Assembly: GCA_977862235.1 (NCBI GenBank)
Contig: OZ374563.1
Span: 1 to 64,000 of the forward strand
Length of the DNA: 64,000 nucleotides
Origin: Dudresnaya verticillata
Lineage: Eukaryota
Direction of reading: 5' to 3'
Position 1 is the stretch's first letter. The number at the start of each line of letters is the position of its first letter. Position numbers and translations under genes: made by a program. The notes under the pieces were generated by a model. It saw only the letters and a list, made by a program, of their open reading frames with translations. It was not told the DNA's origin and searched no databases. Positions 1-10,592 of this stretch are shown one piece after another.

Positions 1-1084
1 AACCACACCCCTAAACCCCTAAACCCCCACAAACCCCTAACCCTAAACCAACCCAAAACCCTAAACCCCTAAACCCAAACCCCTAAACCCCTCCCCTAAA
101 ACCCCTAAACCCCTAAACCCCTAAACCCCCTAAACCCCCTAAACCCCTAAACCCCTAAACCCCAAAACCAACCCTCAACCCAAAACCCCTAAACCCCTAA
201 ACCCCTAAACCCCTAAACCCCTAAACCCCTAAACCCCTAAACCCTAAAACCCCTAACCCTAAACCCCTAAACCCCTAAACCCCTAAACCCCTAACCCCTA
301 AACCCCTAACCCTAAACCCCTAAACCCCTAAACCCCTAAACCCCTAAACCCCTAAACCCCTAAACCCCAAAACCCCTAAACCCCTAAACCCCTAAACCCC
401 TAAACCCTAAAACCCTTAAACCCCTAAACCCCTAAAACCCCTAAACCCCTAAACCCCCTAAAACCCCTAAACCCTAAACCCCTAAACCCCTAAAACCCCT
501 AAAACCAAACCCTCTATAAACCCTAAAAACCCTAAACCCCTAAACCCCTAACCTAAACCCTAAACCCCTAAACCCTAAAACCCCTAAACCCCTAAAACCC
601 CTAAAAACCCTAAAGCCCTAAAACCCCTAAACCCCTAAAACCCCTAAACCCTAAACCCCTAAAACCCCTAAACCCCTAAAACCCCTAAAACCCCTAAACC
701 CTAAACCCCTAAAGCCCTAAACCCCTAAAAACCCCTAAACCCCTAAACCCCTAAAAACCCCTAAACCCTAAACCCCCTAAACCCCTAAACCCTACCCTAA
801 ACCCCTAAAACCCTAAACCCCTAAACCCCTAAAACCCCTAAAACCCTAAACCCCTAAACCCCTAAAACCCCTAAAACCCCTAAACCCCTAACCCCTAAAC
901 CCCTAAACCCCTAAACCCCTAAACCCCTAAAACCCCTAAAACCCCTAAACCCCTAAACCCCTAAACCCCTAAAACCCCTAAAACCCTAAAACCCCTAAAC
1001 CCCTAAACCCCTAAACCCCTAAAACCCTAAAACCCTAAAACCCCTAAACCCCTAAAACCCCTAAACCCCTAAACCCTAAACCCC
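1..1084. repeat. Telomeric repeat array, dominant unit CCCCTAAA (G-strand TTTAGGGG), with CCCTAAA and CCCCTAAAA variants
   Basis: Uninterrupted tandem C-rich units from position 1 to ~1084; the C-rich strand at the 5' start is the orientation of a left chromosome end. Confidence 0.97.
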
Positions 1085-1534
1085 AATCCCATTCGAGGTG
1101 ATAGCAGAAACCAGAGATCGGAAGCAGACCCGGTTCCGTACCCACGCTTGAATAATTTTTCCCGCTTCCTCCTTTGCATGAAGGAAAAACGGATTCCTAC
1201 CGAGCCTGGAAAGAATTGCAGATGCAGTACTACTTCCCGATACATGCTTTCTCTGGTACTTGGACGTTTTGTGTCCCTTGAAGCGCTGACGCTCCACACG
1301 ACCAACCCGATTCGCCTTCGGCTGGCGCTTAGCCTGCACACGACCAGCTTGACTCGCCTTCGCCTCCACCAGTGCGGCTTCTAGTTCACTTCTCCTATTC
1401 TCTGCAGCCTCCTCAACCCATTTTCGGCCGAATAGCAGCTCACACTGTTCAGGATGAACAATTGTTCCTTTCGCATACACATGAAGCACTGCCAGCAACC
1501 CAGGGTCCAGACCCTGGACATTCTCCAGCTCCAT
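1076..1534 (-). CDS. Small basic protein (~152 aa from ATG 1534) whose stop codon is supplied by the first telomere repeat; IQ-like motif near the end
   Basis: ATG in gccATGG context at 1534; TATTTAAA on the minus strand at ~1674-1681; last codons GGG ATT GGG GTT TAG run into the telomere; KIIQAWVRNR resembles an IQ motif. Confidence 0.5.
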   Translation of the reverse strand: MELENVQGLDPGLLAVLHVYAKGTIVHPEQCELLFGRKWVEEAAENRRSELEAALVEAKASQAGRVQAKRQPKANRVGRVERQRFKGHKTSKYQRKHVSGSSTASAILSRLGRNPFFLHAKEEAGKIIQAWVRNRVCFRSLVSAITSNGIGV

Positions 1535-2057
1535 GGCGAGAGTTTCTAATGTGAACAACGGGCTAGGAGAGGGGAGGCGGGAAACGGGGATGTGAGGGGG
1601 GGGCAGGGCAGGGTGATGGCGATTCTCCGTCTGTTCGTTTCCTCTTTCCCGGCGGTGTCTCTCTGACCGACCATTTAAATACGGCCCTTTCTCTCACACG
1701 GCAAAACAATTCGGGAAACTTCCAACTGCGTGTCAGTCACGTACTACGGTATAACAACGCAATTTGGCATAACTTTTAATTTTTGCGGGGTACACCGCAG
1801 CCGGTCCAGAATTTCATTATCCTCGGTTGCGATGCAGAATCCCGGCATCTCGCCCTGCCATGGCCCTCGCTCCCTTACCGTAACGGATTGGTATTAATGG
1901 CTGCGTACATCACGAATGAACCCTCAGCAGCAAAGCAAAAATCCCACATCACACTTCAGTCCCGGAAAGCACCATATTCCACCAATTCTGTAGTTACGAA
2001 TAATCCACCATTCATGTAGTTAAGCCCCAGGGCAAATTACTAACGTTTCCTCTCAAA

Positions 2058-2650
2058 TCGCCTTCCCGATTCCGGCTTTCGCACAATGACCCTCTTAGCA
2101 CATTCCTAAGCCCCATGCCTCACACTGAACGCCCGAGACTGTACAAAAAGTCGAACAACCCTTAGAAACCCTCCCAGGAGCCCCGAAACGATCCCGCAGT
2201 CCCCGCTTCGTTCACGCTTACTCCCCAATTCCGTTCCTTCACATCCAAATAGGCTAGTGCCCGCCTTCGCATTTCTAAGCCCCATGCCTCACGCTGAACG
2301 CCTAAAACCCGCCTTCGCAGTTCTGAAGCCCGTGCCCCACGCTGAGCGCCCGAGACTGCACAAGAAGTTGAACAACCCTTAGAAACCGCCCCAGGAGCCC
2401 CGAAACGACCCCGCAGCCCCGTTTCGTTCACGCGTACTCCCCAATTCCATTCCTTCACATTCAAATAGCCTAGTACCCGCCTTCCCAATTCCGGGTTTCG
2501 CACCATGACCCTCTTAGCGCATTTCTACGCCCTATCCCTCACGCTGCACACCCAACACTCTACAAGAAGCTTATCAACCCTGAGAAACCCTCCCAGGAGC
2601 CCGGAAACGATTCCGCACCACCCAGTTCGCTCGCAATGACTCCACAATTA
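2058..2650. repeat. Degenerate subtelomeric tandem repeat, three ~200-220 bp units
   Basis: Block ACCCT(T/G)AGAAACC.CCCAGGAGCCC.GAAACGA recurs at ~2158, ~2376 and ~2577; 2058-2160 is re-used at 2478-2580. Confidence 0.8.
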
Positions 2651-3196
2651 CGTAACGCGATCCATAAGCCTCTGAGAGCATTCCATACTGTACATACGGT
2701 TTCCATTACCCCGGTAAAGTCCCACGTCTCTTCATCTTACAACGTAAACCCCTCAAATAGCCAACGCGCAGTTCCTTGCCGCCATTCCACGTGATCCTCT
2801 CCTTGACGACACCACCGTTCCAACGAAGTCTCATTATCGCAAGTGGCGGACTCGCAACACTCACGCAAACGTTCCGCCTAGCGAAGGAAGTACCGAGCAC
2901 TACAACACGGTCAACCTAAACCACTTCCGAAAAAAAACCGTCCGCGTATCCAGAACCCCGCAAGCCTTTACAAACCTTGCAAGACTGTTTGCTAGGCTAG
3001 GCGTCTGTCAGACCCCATGAGGGTTCCCCTCAAGCGGCAACCAAGGCCCAGTCTAGCCCCATTTCAGCCAGCCAATCACATCGCAGAACATTTACAGTGG
3101 TTTGGGGGTGCTTACAGGCAACCCCGACTGATATGCGGCCAAGTAAAAAATCGTGCACAAAATCCCCCCCACCAAATCCCCCAAGGAGGGGTAATT

Positions 3197-3268
3197 AAAC
3201 CCCTAAACCCCTAAAACCCCTAAACCCCTAAACCTAAAACCCCTAAAACCCCCTAAACCCCTAAACCC
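3197..3268. repeat. Interstitial telomeric tract (~9 units), same orientation as the terminal array
   Basis: aaacccctaaacccctaaaacccctaaacccctaaacctaaaacccctaaaaccccctaaacccctaaaccc. Confidence 0.92.
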
Positions 3269-4210
3269 GTAATTACATACAGTCAATGTGAATGCCAACA
3301 CTGTTAATTCCTCCATGCGCTAAACCCATGGGTTGTTATATTTGGTCACATTTAATCCTTTCATACGGTAAACCCATTCGTAACTACATACGGTCACTGT
3401 TAAACCCTTCATGCGCTAAACCCAGTGGTAATTATATATGCTGACTGTTAAACCCATACTCCATTAAGTACAACTCTTGCTAGATTTCATCTCAGCTACT
3501 CCCATAACCCGTTAAACCAAGTACCTACGCATCTATCTACCTTACTCCCCAGCTTCCACTTAAACCGTAGCTCCCTTACGTACAAACAATCCTTGCTCCC
3601 AAACTACCTAATCCGTTACTATATAATATAGAAGTATAACCCCGATTTGGAGGAGGAGTTCGAATCTGACTTCCACTTGGAGGCTATTCATTGCTTGCTG
3701 GGGACACGTGTCGATTTGTCGTGAGGACACGTGTCGTGTCCGTATCAGCAAACAAGTGACCTGCTGCCTTCCACTTGGCACCATTATGTCGGGCACTGGG
3801 GACAGGCTGTTTTTCGCAACCCTAGATTCGTAACCCTACGCAAACTCTCGCCGCCGCCGTCGTCGGGCGGTACCCTGCAATGGGGACAGGCTGTTGTTCC
3901 GTAACACTCTCACCGCCGCCGTCGTAGCTCAACCTAAACGCGCTCGGACTATCATCGTGTCCCTACTTACTACTCGCGTGCACCCTCCCTGTCCGCTCCC
4001 AGCCCCCTCCCACGCTACTGCAATCCTTCTCGTACTCCCTCTTACCTTACCAAGTACCCCCTTACCCTCCTCACCATCATCGTCCCCATCCCTTTGCCTC
4101 CTTCTCCCCTCTCGTGAATTTCAAACACACCGCGTGGACACGTTACACACGTGTCCACGCCCTGCGCGGTGTGTGACAAGGAGCTCAATCGGTTCAGATA
4201 CCTGCCACCC

Positions 4211-5785
4211 TGTGTGAAGTTTCTGACAATTGTCAACTCTTTCACACATCTCAGCTCCACGTTCAATTTGTGTGAAGTTTCTGCAAGTTTACACATCTTT
4301 CACACATCTCCGCAACTCTTGACCTGCCTGAAGTTTCTGAAAGTCTTCAAGTCTCTTCTAACGTGGACGTGTCTCTCGACATAATGTGAAGTTGTTGACA
4401 ATTTGAAGAAGTTTCAGATTGCGCACACCACTAGGATGCTTGTTGCAATACTACAACTGTGAAAGAGTTGTCAACTCTTTCACAGTTGTGAAGATCTTTA
4501 GCTCTGTTACAGTTTTCAACGCGCTGCTCATCGTGAGGTTTGCGTCTGTCTCTCGACTTTCGTTCGCGGGCCTTCTTCGCCGCCCTGCTGCCTCCGCCCT
4601 ACCATCAGTACGCTTTGTTGTCCGTGTGGCTGCCGCCCGCCTATCTTTGCTGCTCCACTTGGGAAGCCTACACCGCCATCGGATCGGCGACAACCACCGC
4701 CCCACCCGTCGTCACGCGTAGAAGACAAGCCACCGCCGGGCTGTATGTATGGATAGCCGTCGTCGGGGTCGTCCCGCCGCCGCGCGCACGACACGTTCTG
4801 CTCCTACACTACCGTCCGCGGACCGTGGAACTCGCAGATTCTCTACCTCTGAAGCCGTCGCTCACACGACACCGGTCCCGTCCAGCCGTACGGGAAGAAA
4901 GCGTTTCTGCTGGCCATACCGCTCGGCTTTAGCCATACCGCTGGGTGGGACTGGTGTTGTGTGCTGCCCAGGTACCGGGGCACGGGGGTCGGGTACTTCG
5001 ATCCGCCGTTGCGCGCATTCTTAGGAGATCACCGAGATCACCGAGATCACCGCGCACTTGGCACGCACTTCTTGGCTATTTCTATTTTGGAATATCTGTA
5101 TTTGTAATCCCCGCCTTTTAACTTTATTCGGAACGGTCTCGTGCGCTATCTGGCAGTATATCGACACTCCGCTACCACGTTACCGTCGTCTCCCATCGTG
5201 GCGTCGGGCACACCCACCGCCACGTCGCCGCATCAACCTTCGCGTGCCCTCGTCGGTACCACTCCTGCCAGTACCCTCGGCTGCCTGGCGACGTCGCCTT
5301 CCGCGCAAGCTACGCAGGACAACGCCTCCAACTCAGCGCTGTTGTCGAGAAGCCATCCCCGCCGCTCCTTTTGGCACGCGCTCCCGGCAGCCGACTCGAT
5401 TCGGGCGCTTCGTCGCTGTGGGCCGACAGCCGCGCGCTTCAGGGCACCGGACTGCACATGCTGCGCACATTACCCCCACCACCGAACCGCTGTATACATC
5501 ATCCTCTTTGCGCCCGGTGCACCACTGTGCCGTCGCGTTCTTCCCGCTCTTCGCACTATTGCCGTCTTTTCGCAGTACTTCCGATCCCGAGTTGGGGTTT
5601 CTCTTCGAATTGTATTTTGCTTGTTATTGCACTCCCCTTCCGGATCCAGATGCTCTTCGTTTCGGTGTTGTGAAAGAAATGACAATTTGCAGAATCTTCA
5701 CAGGGCAAGGCATCGTTCTGGGACGTCTGCTTCAAACTGCTTTCGGAGCTGTGAAGTTCTTGACAATTTACAACTTCTTCACAAT
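4211..5785. repeat. Dispersed ~36-bp palindromic motif family TGTGAA(A)G..TGACAA....ACT.TTCACA
   Basis: Copies at ~4211, ~4269, ~4385, 4453-4489 (perfect 18-bp arms, 1-nt loop), ~5669 and ~5749. Confidence 0.7.
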
Positions 5786-6120
5786 TTCCAAGACTCTTCG
5801 CCGCCAGGTTACCGTCTTCTCTTGTCGTGTCGTCGAGTACACCAGCCGCGACGTCACCATATAATCTGCCCGCCATGCCCTCCTCGCTATCAACTCCTCC
5901 AAGAACCCTCGGCACGCTGGGGACGTTGCCTTCCGCAAGACCACGACAAAACCAGAACCCCCGCGCTGTTGCCGAGAAACCCTCTCCGCCGAGCCATCGT
6001 AGCAACTTGCGTAGGTCCTCCTTGTGGCGGACTCGATTCGGCCGCCTCTTCCCCGGCAAACTCGCGCTCCATGGCACCGCGGCGCAGCAGAGTTCACCCC
6101 ACCACCACCGCCGAGATGTA

Positions 6121-6433
6121 TGGAAAACCGCCTTATCCATCGGGATCCCATCTGGAAGACTGTTTATCCATCGGGACCCCGACCCGGAAGACTGTTTATG
6201 CATCGGGATCCCCATCTGGAAGACTGTTTATGCATCGGGATCGCCATCCGGAAGACTGTTTACTGATCGGGATCCCAATCTGGAAGACTGTTCAGAATGT
6301 GAAAGACTGGCAATGAATCCGGATTCCCAATCTGGAACACTGTTGATAATCCAAAAACAGTCTTCCACGGGAACCTTAATTTTAGTTAAAAAAGGGCACC
6401 TATAAACAGTCTTCCATGAAGGAATAGATATAG
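6121..6433. mobile_element. Putative DNA-transposon end: five 32-bp tandem units with GGAAGACTG motif plus a 79-bp terminal module
   Basis: Units start at 6121, 6153, 6185, 6217, 6249; the motif reappears inverted (AAACAGTCTTCCA) twice in 6355-6433, ending GAAGGAATAGATATAG. Confidence 0.55.
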
Positions 6434-6436
6434 AGG

Positions 6437-6664
6437 GCTGGAGGACTGTTCAGGCCTGGAGGACTGATCAGACAGCTTTCTGCAGGACTGTTCAGAATCT
6501 GGATCCCAATCGGGATTGGCTGGAGGACTTTTCAGGATTTGTGTACAATCCCGATTCCTCGTCTGGAGGACTTGTCTCAATCGCTAAACAGTCCTCCACG
6601 CCAACCTAAATTTCAATTAAAAAAGGGCAGGTCTGAACAGTCCTCCACGAAGGAATAGATATAG
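6437..6664. mobile_element. Second related transposon-like end with GGAGGACTG motif variant
   Basis: 6586-6664 is colinear with 6355-6433 and ends in the same GAAGGAATAGATATAG; several TGGAGGACT copies lie upstream. Confidence 0.55.
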
Positions 6665-6805
6665 CATTAAATTAATGTCCTGAACTTTATAGAATTTAAT
6701 ATAAACGTTACTATCAAGCTCACGGACGTTCTGACCGGACACGTGTCCTGAAACTTAGCACACGTGTCCACCCCACCATGGCGTACACGTGGACCAGCTT
6801 GGCAG

Positions 6806-7560
6806 CATTAATTTAATGCCCTCAACCTTATAGAATACAATTTAATCGTTCCTAACGTTGCAAACCAGCTCACGCCCTTACGACTCCTTGATCCAATCAA
6901 ACTAGCAAGGGATCCAATCCACAGAGTCCCGAGAACAACTAGATCTAATCGTACTGCACACTGACTCCCGCTGATCGAATCCATCCACCCGTACTCAATC
7001 CCAACCTGATGCAATCTACTGTACATTAACCCCCTCTCCTTCGACAACCCCAAGTCCCAGACAACCTAAACACTTCCACCCTCTGTAGTCCTAAACACTG
7101 AGCACTGAACCATAGAAAAGAAGCTAGAGCATTGTCCATAAACCCCTAAACCTGCAGCCCCCAGCCCGCCCTTCTGTACTTGTCAGAACCCTGTCAAGCA
7201 TCCCGCTGCACGTTTTGCCCCGTAACTTCGCGAAAATTTGCGTTGTTTGCATTCTGAGACCGCCCATCGACGCGTCTGACAAAGACGCTTCCATAGAGCT
7301 CCTGATCGTAGCTCTACCCCTATTGGTTCCAAAGTTATGCCCGCGACTCTCCAGGCCACCCTTACACAGCACGCAGCACCAGACTTTATCCCCTCAAGGC
7401 TTTCCCTGCTCCTCCATCCATCATTCCGTTACTAGATCTATTCCTGTACTATGTATCCCACGCCCTAAATCCAATTCGTCCACCACATTGATCCATTCCT
7501 TCTACCACCATGATGCATTGCATGCACTAACTCTACACCATTTACACCACTAATGTCATA
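6806..7560 (+). repeat. Subtelomeric direct repeat copy A (short third copy at ~6665-6740)
   Basis: Colinear blocks shared with 13328-14073: ATTAA.TTAATG..C..AACCTTATAGAAT, AACCTGATGCAATC, GTTCCAAAGTTATG, CCCTAAATCCAATTC.TCCACCACA.TGAT..ATTCC. Confidence 0.85.
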
Positions 7561-7961
7561 CCCCTCGCGTACGAAGCCATCCAAACTAACCCTGCACCTA
7601 ACCCTAAACCACTTACCAGCACTGTCAGCCTCTATCCCATCACACTCCCCAATCCTCACGTTTTTATTACCAGTAGAAGCGCAAGCCGATTCGCCTCGCG
7701 CACGCACGACCCTAAACCCTAAAACCCTAAAGATCCCTACGAAACTGGAGATGTGGTCTACGCTTTTTCACTGCTCCTTTCGTCAAGCTACGTCTTGGTA
7801 ACTTGACAAAAGGAAGCACAATCGGCCTCGTCAAGCTACGTCTTGGTTGCAACTATGTGTGGGGGAACATATGCGCAACCCAGCCCAACCCTATTTGCAC
7901 ACTTGCAATTGATGGCGCTTTTCGGTGCTGTTACTGCCGTCAATGTCTTTTTCGATGGTAG

Positions 7962-10592
7962 CTACGCCTTAGAAAACATCGACAATGACCCTGGCCTCGA
8001 TTGCAAGTTTGCAACCGAGGCCGGACAGTCATTCGTGGCCGCCAGGAACAACTTCATACTGCGGTCGTCGACCACGCCCTCGCTACCAATGGCCGAGACG
8101 CACTTTCCATAGTGCTGCTCAGCAATTTTCCTGCTGTGCCAACCTTGCAGCTCCAACGTGTGACCTACGTTGGACTCTTCCTCCTCATAACATTCTACAC
8201 CTCTCTTCAGTGCAAATACTACTTCCCGATTTGTCTGTGACTTGTCAATACTGTAACCGCCAAACCATTGCCGAAGCTTCTCCCCGTTATATCCTTGTGG
8301 AAGCCCATACCGATTCCACTGGCTTGCCATGACCTTTAGAGCGTCATTCCTCATCGGGACATTGAGAAGAAGGTAATCGTAACTGTCCTTCTTGACGCTC
8401 CTGCCGAGGTATTTCAGGAGTGCTACTCGCAACTCTACCCCAAGAATAATCACGGCCTTGTACAAGTTACTGGACACCGCATCGGGATGCTTGCTCGTGA
8501 ACTTCATCATACCTTCCTTCTGCGACCTGGTCTTGCTGTGACTCTGTATGCAAGTCAATCTGGCCCCACCGTGAAGTTGGAACCCCCTCGGGCCACTCCC
8601 ATTGTTCCTGGTTGCCATGAATCCCACCTCCGACCCGCGAGCAAAATTTCCCCCAGACAGATGGATGCATGCACAAACTAGCTCCACAGACTCCTGTACA
8701 AGGGATAGCATACTCACAGCTCTCTTGTGCGCCTCTCGAGCTGGAAGAGTTCCGAGTTGACCCATCGCGCGTCTCACACACGCACGGCAGTCCATCACAA
8801 TATCTCGATTTCCCTCGTCTTCGAAAAAACTGTACGGTGACTTGGTCTCCTTCGGATTCTCGATGACCACGGAGAGTCTCTCCTGAAAGTCTTCTGGAAG
8901 ATCAACCCCGTTCATGAAGCCCTCGTTCGTTGTTATGAGCTCCAGTATCCTCCGTTGCATACGTCTCACACACCTTCCAATGCGCTTCGCGCTCATATGG
9001 ATCCCAAGCACAAACCCACAGTGTTCCTCCTTGTGCCTCGGATCATCACACACCGTCCATGTACACCGTGAACTCTCCGAGCTTCTATGCTTGCGAGTTT
9101 TTGCCGCCAGTTCCTGCAACACATGGATACCGAGGTTGCCTCCAGACCTGTGATCTTTCCGAAATCTCTCAACCTCCTCGTCGGAATCCCCAGAAGATGG
9201 CCAGTGCACGATGGAGAGAATCGCGCAGCAGCCCGCAAGGTATGCCACTGCAGAAAGTGTGGGGGAAACTTCTACACCTCGCGACAGAGCGACTCCTCTC
9301 TCTGTCAGTCGCACTCCCAAGCAACCACAAATAACACTTGCTGCTGTTATACTCCCGGATTGTACGCTACTCTTCTCGGACAGAATGGCTTCTAGCAACC
9401 GATGTACAGCCCGCATGTGATCCCATTTGGTGCCCGGCCTCGATTGCAAACTTTCAATCGAGGCCGTGCGCGGTCGTTCAGTGCGCGATGCTTCAACCTT
9501 CTGGACAACTTCCTTTGCGGCGTCTAAAATCTCTTGGGAGGTGATTAGTGTCGTCTCCTGACACAAACGGAGAGTCATTACCAGTACCTCGGACATCTCC
9601 GTCCTGTACCTTTGTTCACTTTCATCACGGACCCATCGGAACTCCTTCTTCCTATCGAAATCCATGCCAGGGGGGGCCCGCACGGCGAGAAGTATCCTGG
9701 TCGATCCCATGTTTGGCCTTGTGCCTGCAGCACGAGCAGTTCTGCAAATCTTCATCAGGATGTCATTGAACCACTTGAGAACTTTCGTCTCGGGTATGCG
9801 GAAGACTGAGCGGCTCTTGTGTGCCTTGGCACTCATTTCCGCAGCCTTCTGAATGCTGATCCCAAGCTCTTTCAGTTTCAAATCCGCCCGTGTGTCAAAT
9901 GCAAAGTTTCCCATGGCACTCAACCGCGGCTCCTGCGAAAGAACGGAGACTTTTCTCTCCTCATCAACATCTTCAAGGCAGTGGATGATTCCTTGGGCAA
10001 TACTGTTGGCCACGTCGGATGTAGATCTACTCCCTTCATCACCGTCTTCTCGCACCAGGAAGTATTGTCCACCTTTTTTGAATAGTTTCTGAGCCTTTTC
10101 CGGTCGTACTTCTTTTCGAAGATCGGACAAGGTAACGTTCTCCATCGCTTGCACGTGCTTCCCGCGGTAATGCTGGTACAGACCCCGTATCGTAGGGCTG
10201 CTATGGTGGCATACGCGACACGGGTACACCTCAACCACAGGGAGAAATGACAGTGGCCGTACGCTTCCTCTGCATTCATCATTTTTCACGGTGGAAAAGT
10301 AATGCTCACGTTCCGTCTCGGTGCAGCTCGGTACAACGGAGGCCTTCACCTTCTGCAGGGAAGTGAACAGACCTCGAATTTTCTTCCCTTCGGCAGGCTT
10401 TTCGCATCTCTGAATATGATTGCGAAAGTTTTTTAATTGCTCTTTCCCAAGGTATCTCCCAGACCTGCACCTGCGCCAAAATGGATGTGAGATCTCAGGT
10501 ATGATAACAACCCCACTTTCCGACAGTCCTTCTTCCGCCTTTTTAAGTTCAGAAACGGACTCAGCTTCCGATGCAGTCATCTGGAAGGGCAA
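7962..10592 (-). CDS. DUF3505-like C2H2 zinc-finger / tyrosine-recombinase-like protein, related to the N-terminal region of fungal telomere-linked RecQ helicases, with no helicase domain in this ORF
   Basis: Open 876-aa frame. C2H2 finger CRVC-x12-H-x4-H followed by AQKLF..GGQYFLV. Recombinase-like motifs HLSGGNFARGSE (R652), HSKT (K687), KLRQW (R774), QGWH (H819)...HY (Y828). The first ATG (10580) follows ttctttgcccttccag, so an upstream exon is possible. Confidence 0.75.
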   Translation of the reverse strand: MPFQMTASEAESVSELKKAEEGLSESGVVIIPEISHPFWRRCRSGRYLGKEQLKNFRNHIQRCEKPAEGKKIRGLFTSLQKVKASVVPSCTETEREHYFSTVKNDECRGSVRPLSFLPVVEVYPCRVCHHSSPTIRGLYQHYRGKHVQAMENVTLSDLRKEVRPEKAQKLFKKGGQYFLVREDGDEGSRSTSDVANSIAQGIIHCLEDVDEERKVSVLSQEPRLSAMGNFAFDTRADLKLKELGISIQKAAEMSAKAHKSRSVFRIPETKVLKWFNDILMKICRTARAAGTRPNMGSTRILLAVRAPPGMDFDRKKEFRWVRDESEQRYRTEMSEVLVMTLRLCQETTLITSQEILDAAKEVVQKVEASRTERPRTASIESLQSRPGTKWDHMRAVHRLLEAILSEKSSVQSGSITAASVICGCLGVRLTERGVALSRGVEVSPTLSAVAYLAGCCAILSIVHWPSSGDSDEEVERFRKDHRSGGNLGIHVLQELAAKTRKHRSSESSRCTWTVCDDPRHKEEHCGFVLGIHMSAKRIGRCVRRMQRRILELITTNEGFMNGVDLPEDFQERLSVVIENPKETKSPYSFFEDEGNRDIVMDCRACVRRAMGQLGTLPAREAHKRAVSMLSLVQESVELVCACIHLSGGNFARGSEVGFMATRNNGSGPRGFQLHGGARLTCIQSHSKTRSQKEGMMKFTSKHPDAVSSNLYKAVIILGVELRVALLKYLGRSVKKDSYDYLLLNVPMRNDALKVMASQWNRYGLPQGYNGEKLRQWFGGYSIDKSQTNREVVFALKRGVECYEEEESNVGHTLELQGWHSRKIAEQHYGKCVSAIGSEGVVDDRSMKLFLAATNDCPASVANLQSRPGSLSMFSKA

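Noticed and set aside
1085..3197. Athena/Penelope-type terminal retroelement with hammerhead ribozyme
   Set aside because: I found no CTGANGA...GAAA hammerhead core and no RT motifs by eye.
6121..6300. 32-bp periodic repeats resembling a CRISPR array
   Set aside because: Units abut with no unique spacers, no cas genes are present and the context is eukaryotic.
3894..6405. Overlapping ORFs of up to 391 aa
   Set aside because: GC-rich, low-complexity translations on several frames and both strands, with no recognisable domain.
6800..7961. RecQ helicase continuation downstream of the 876-aa ORF
   Set aside because: No Walker A, DEAH or QESGRAGR-type motifs seen in the minus-strand ORFs; the region is the direct repeat.
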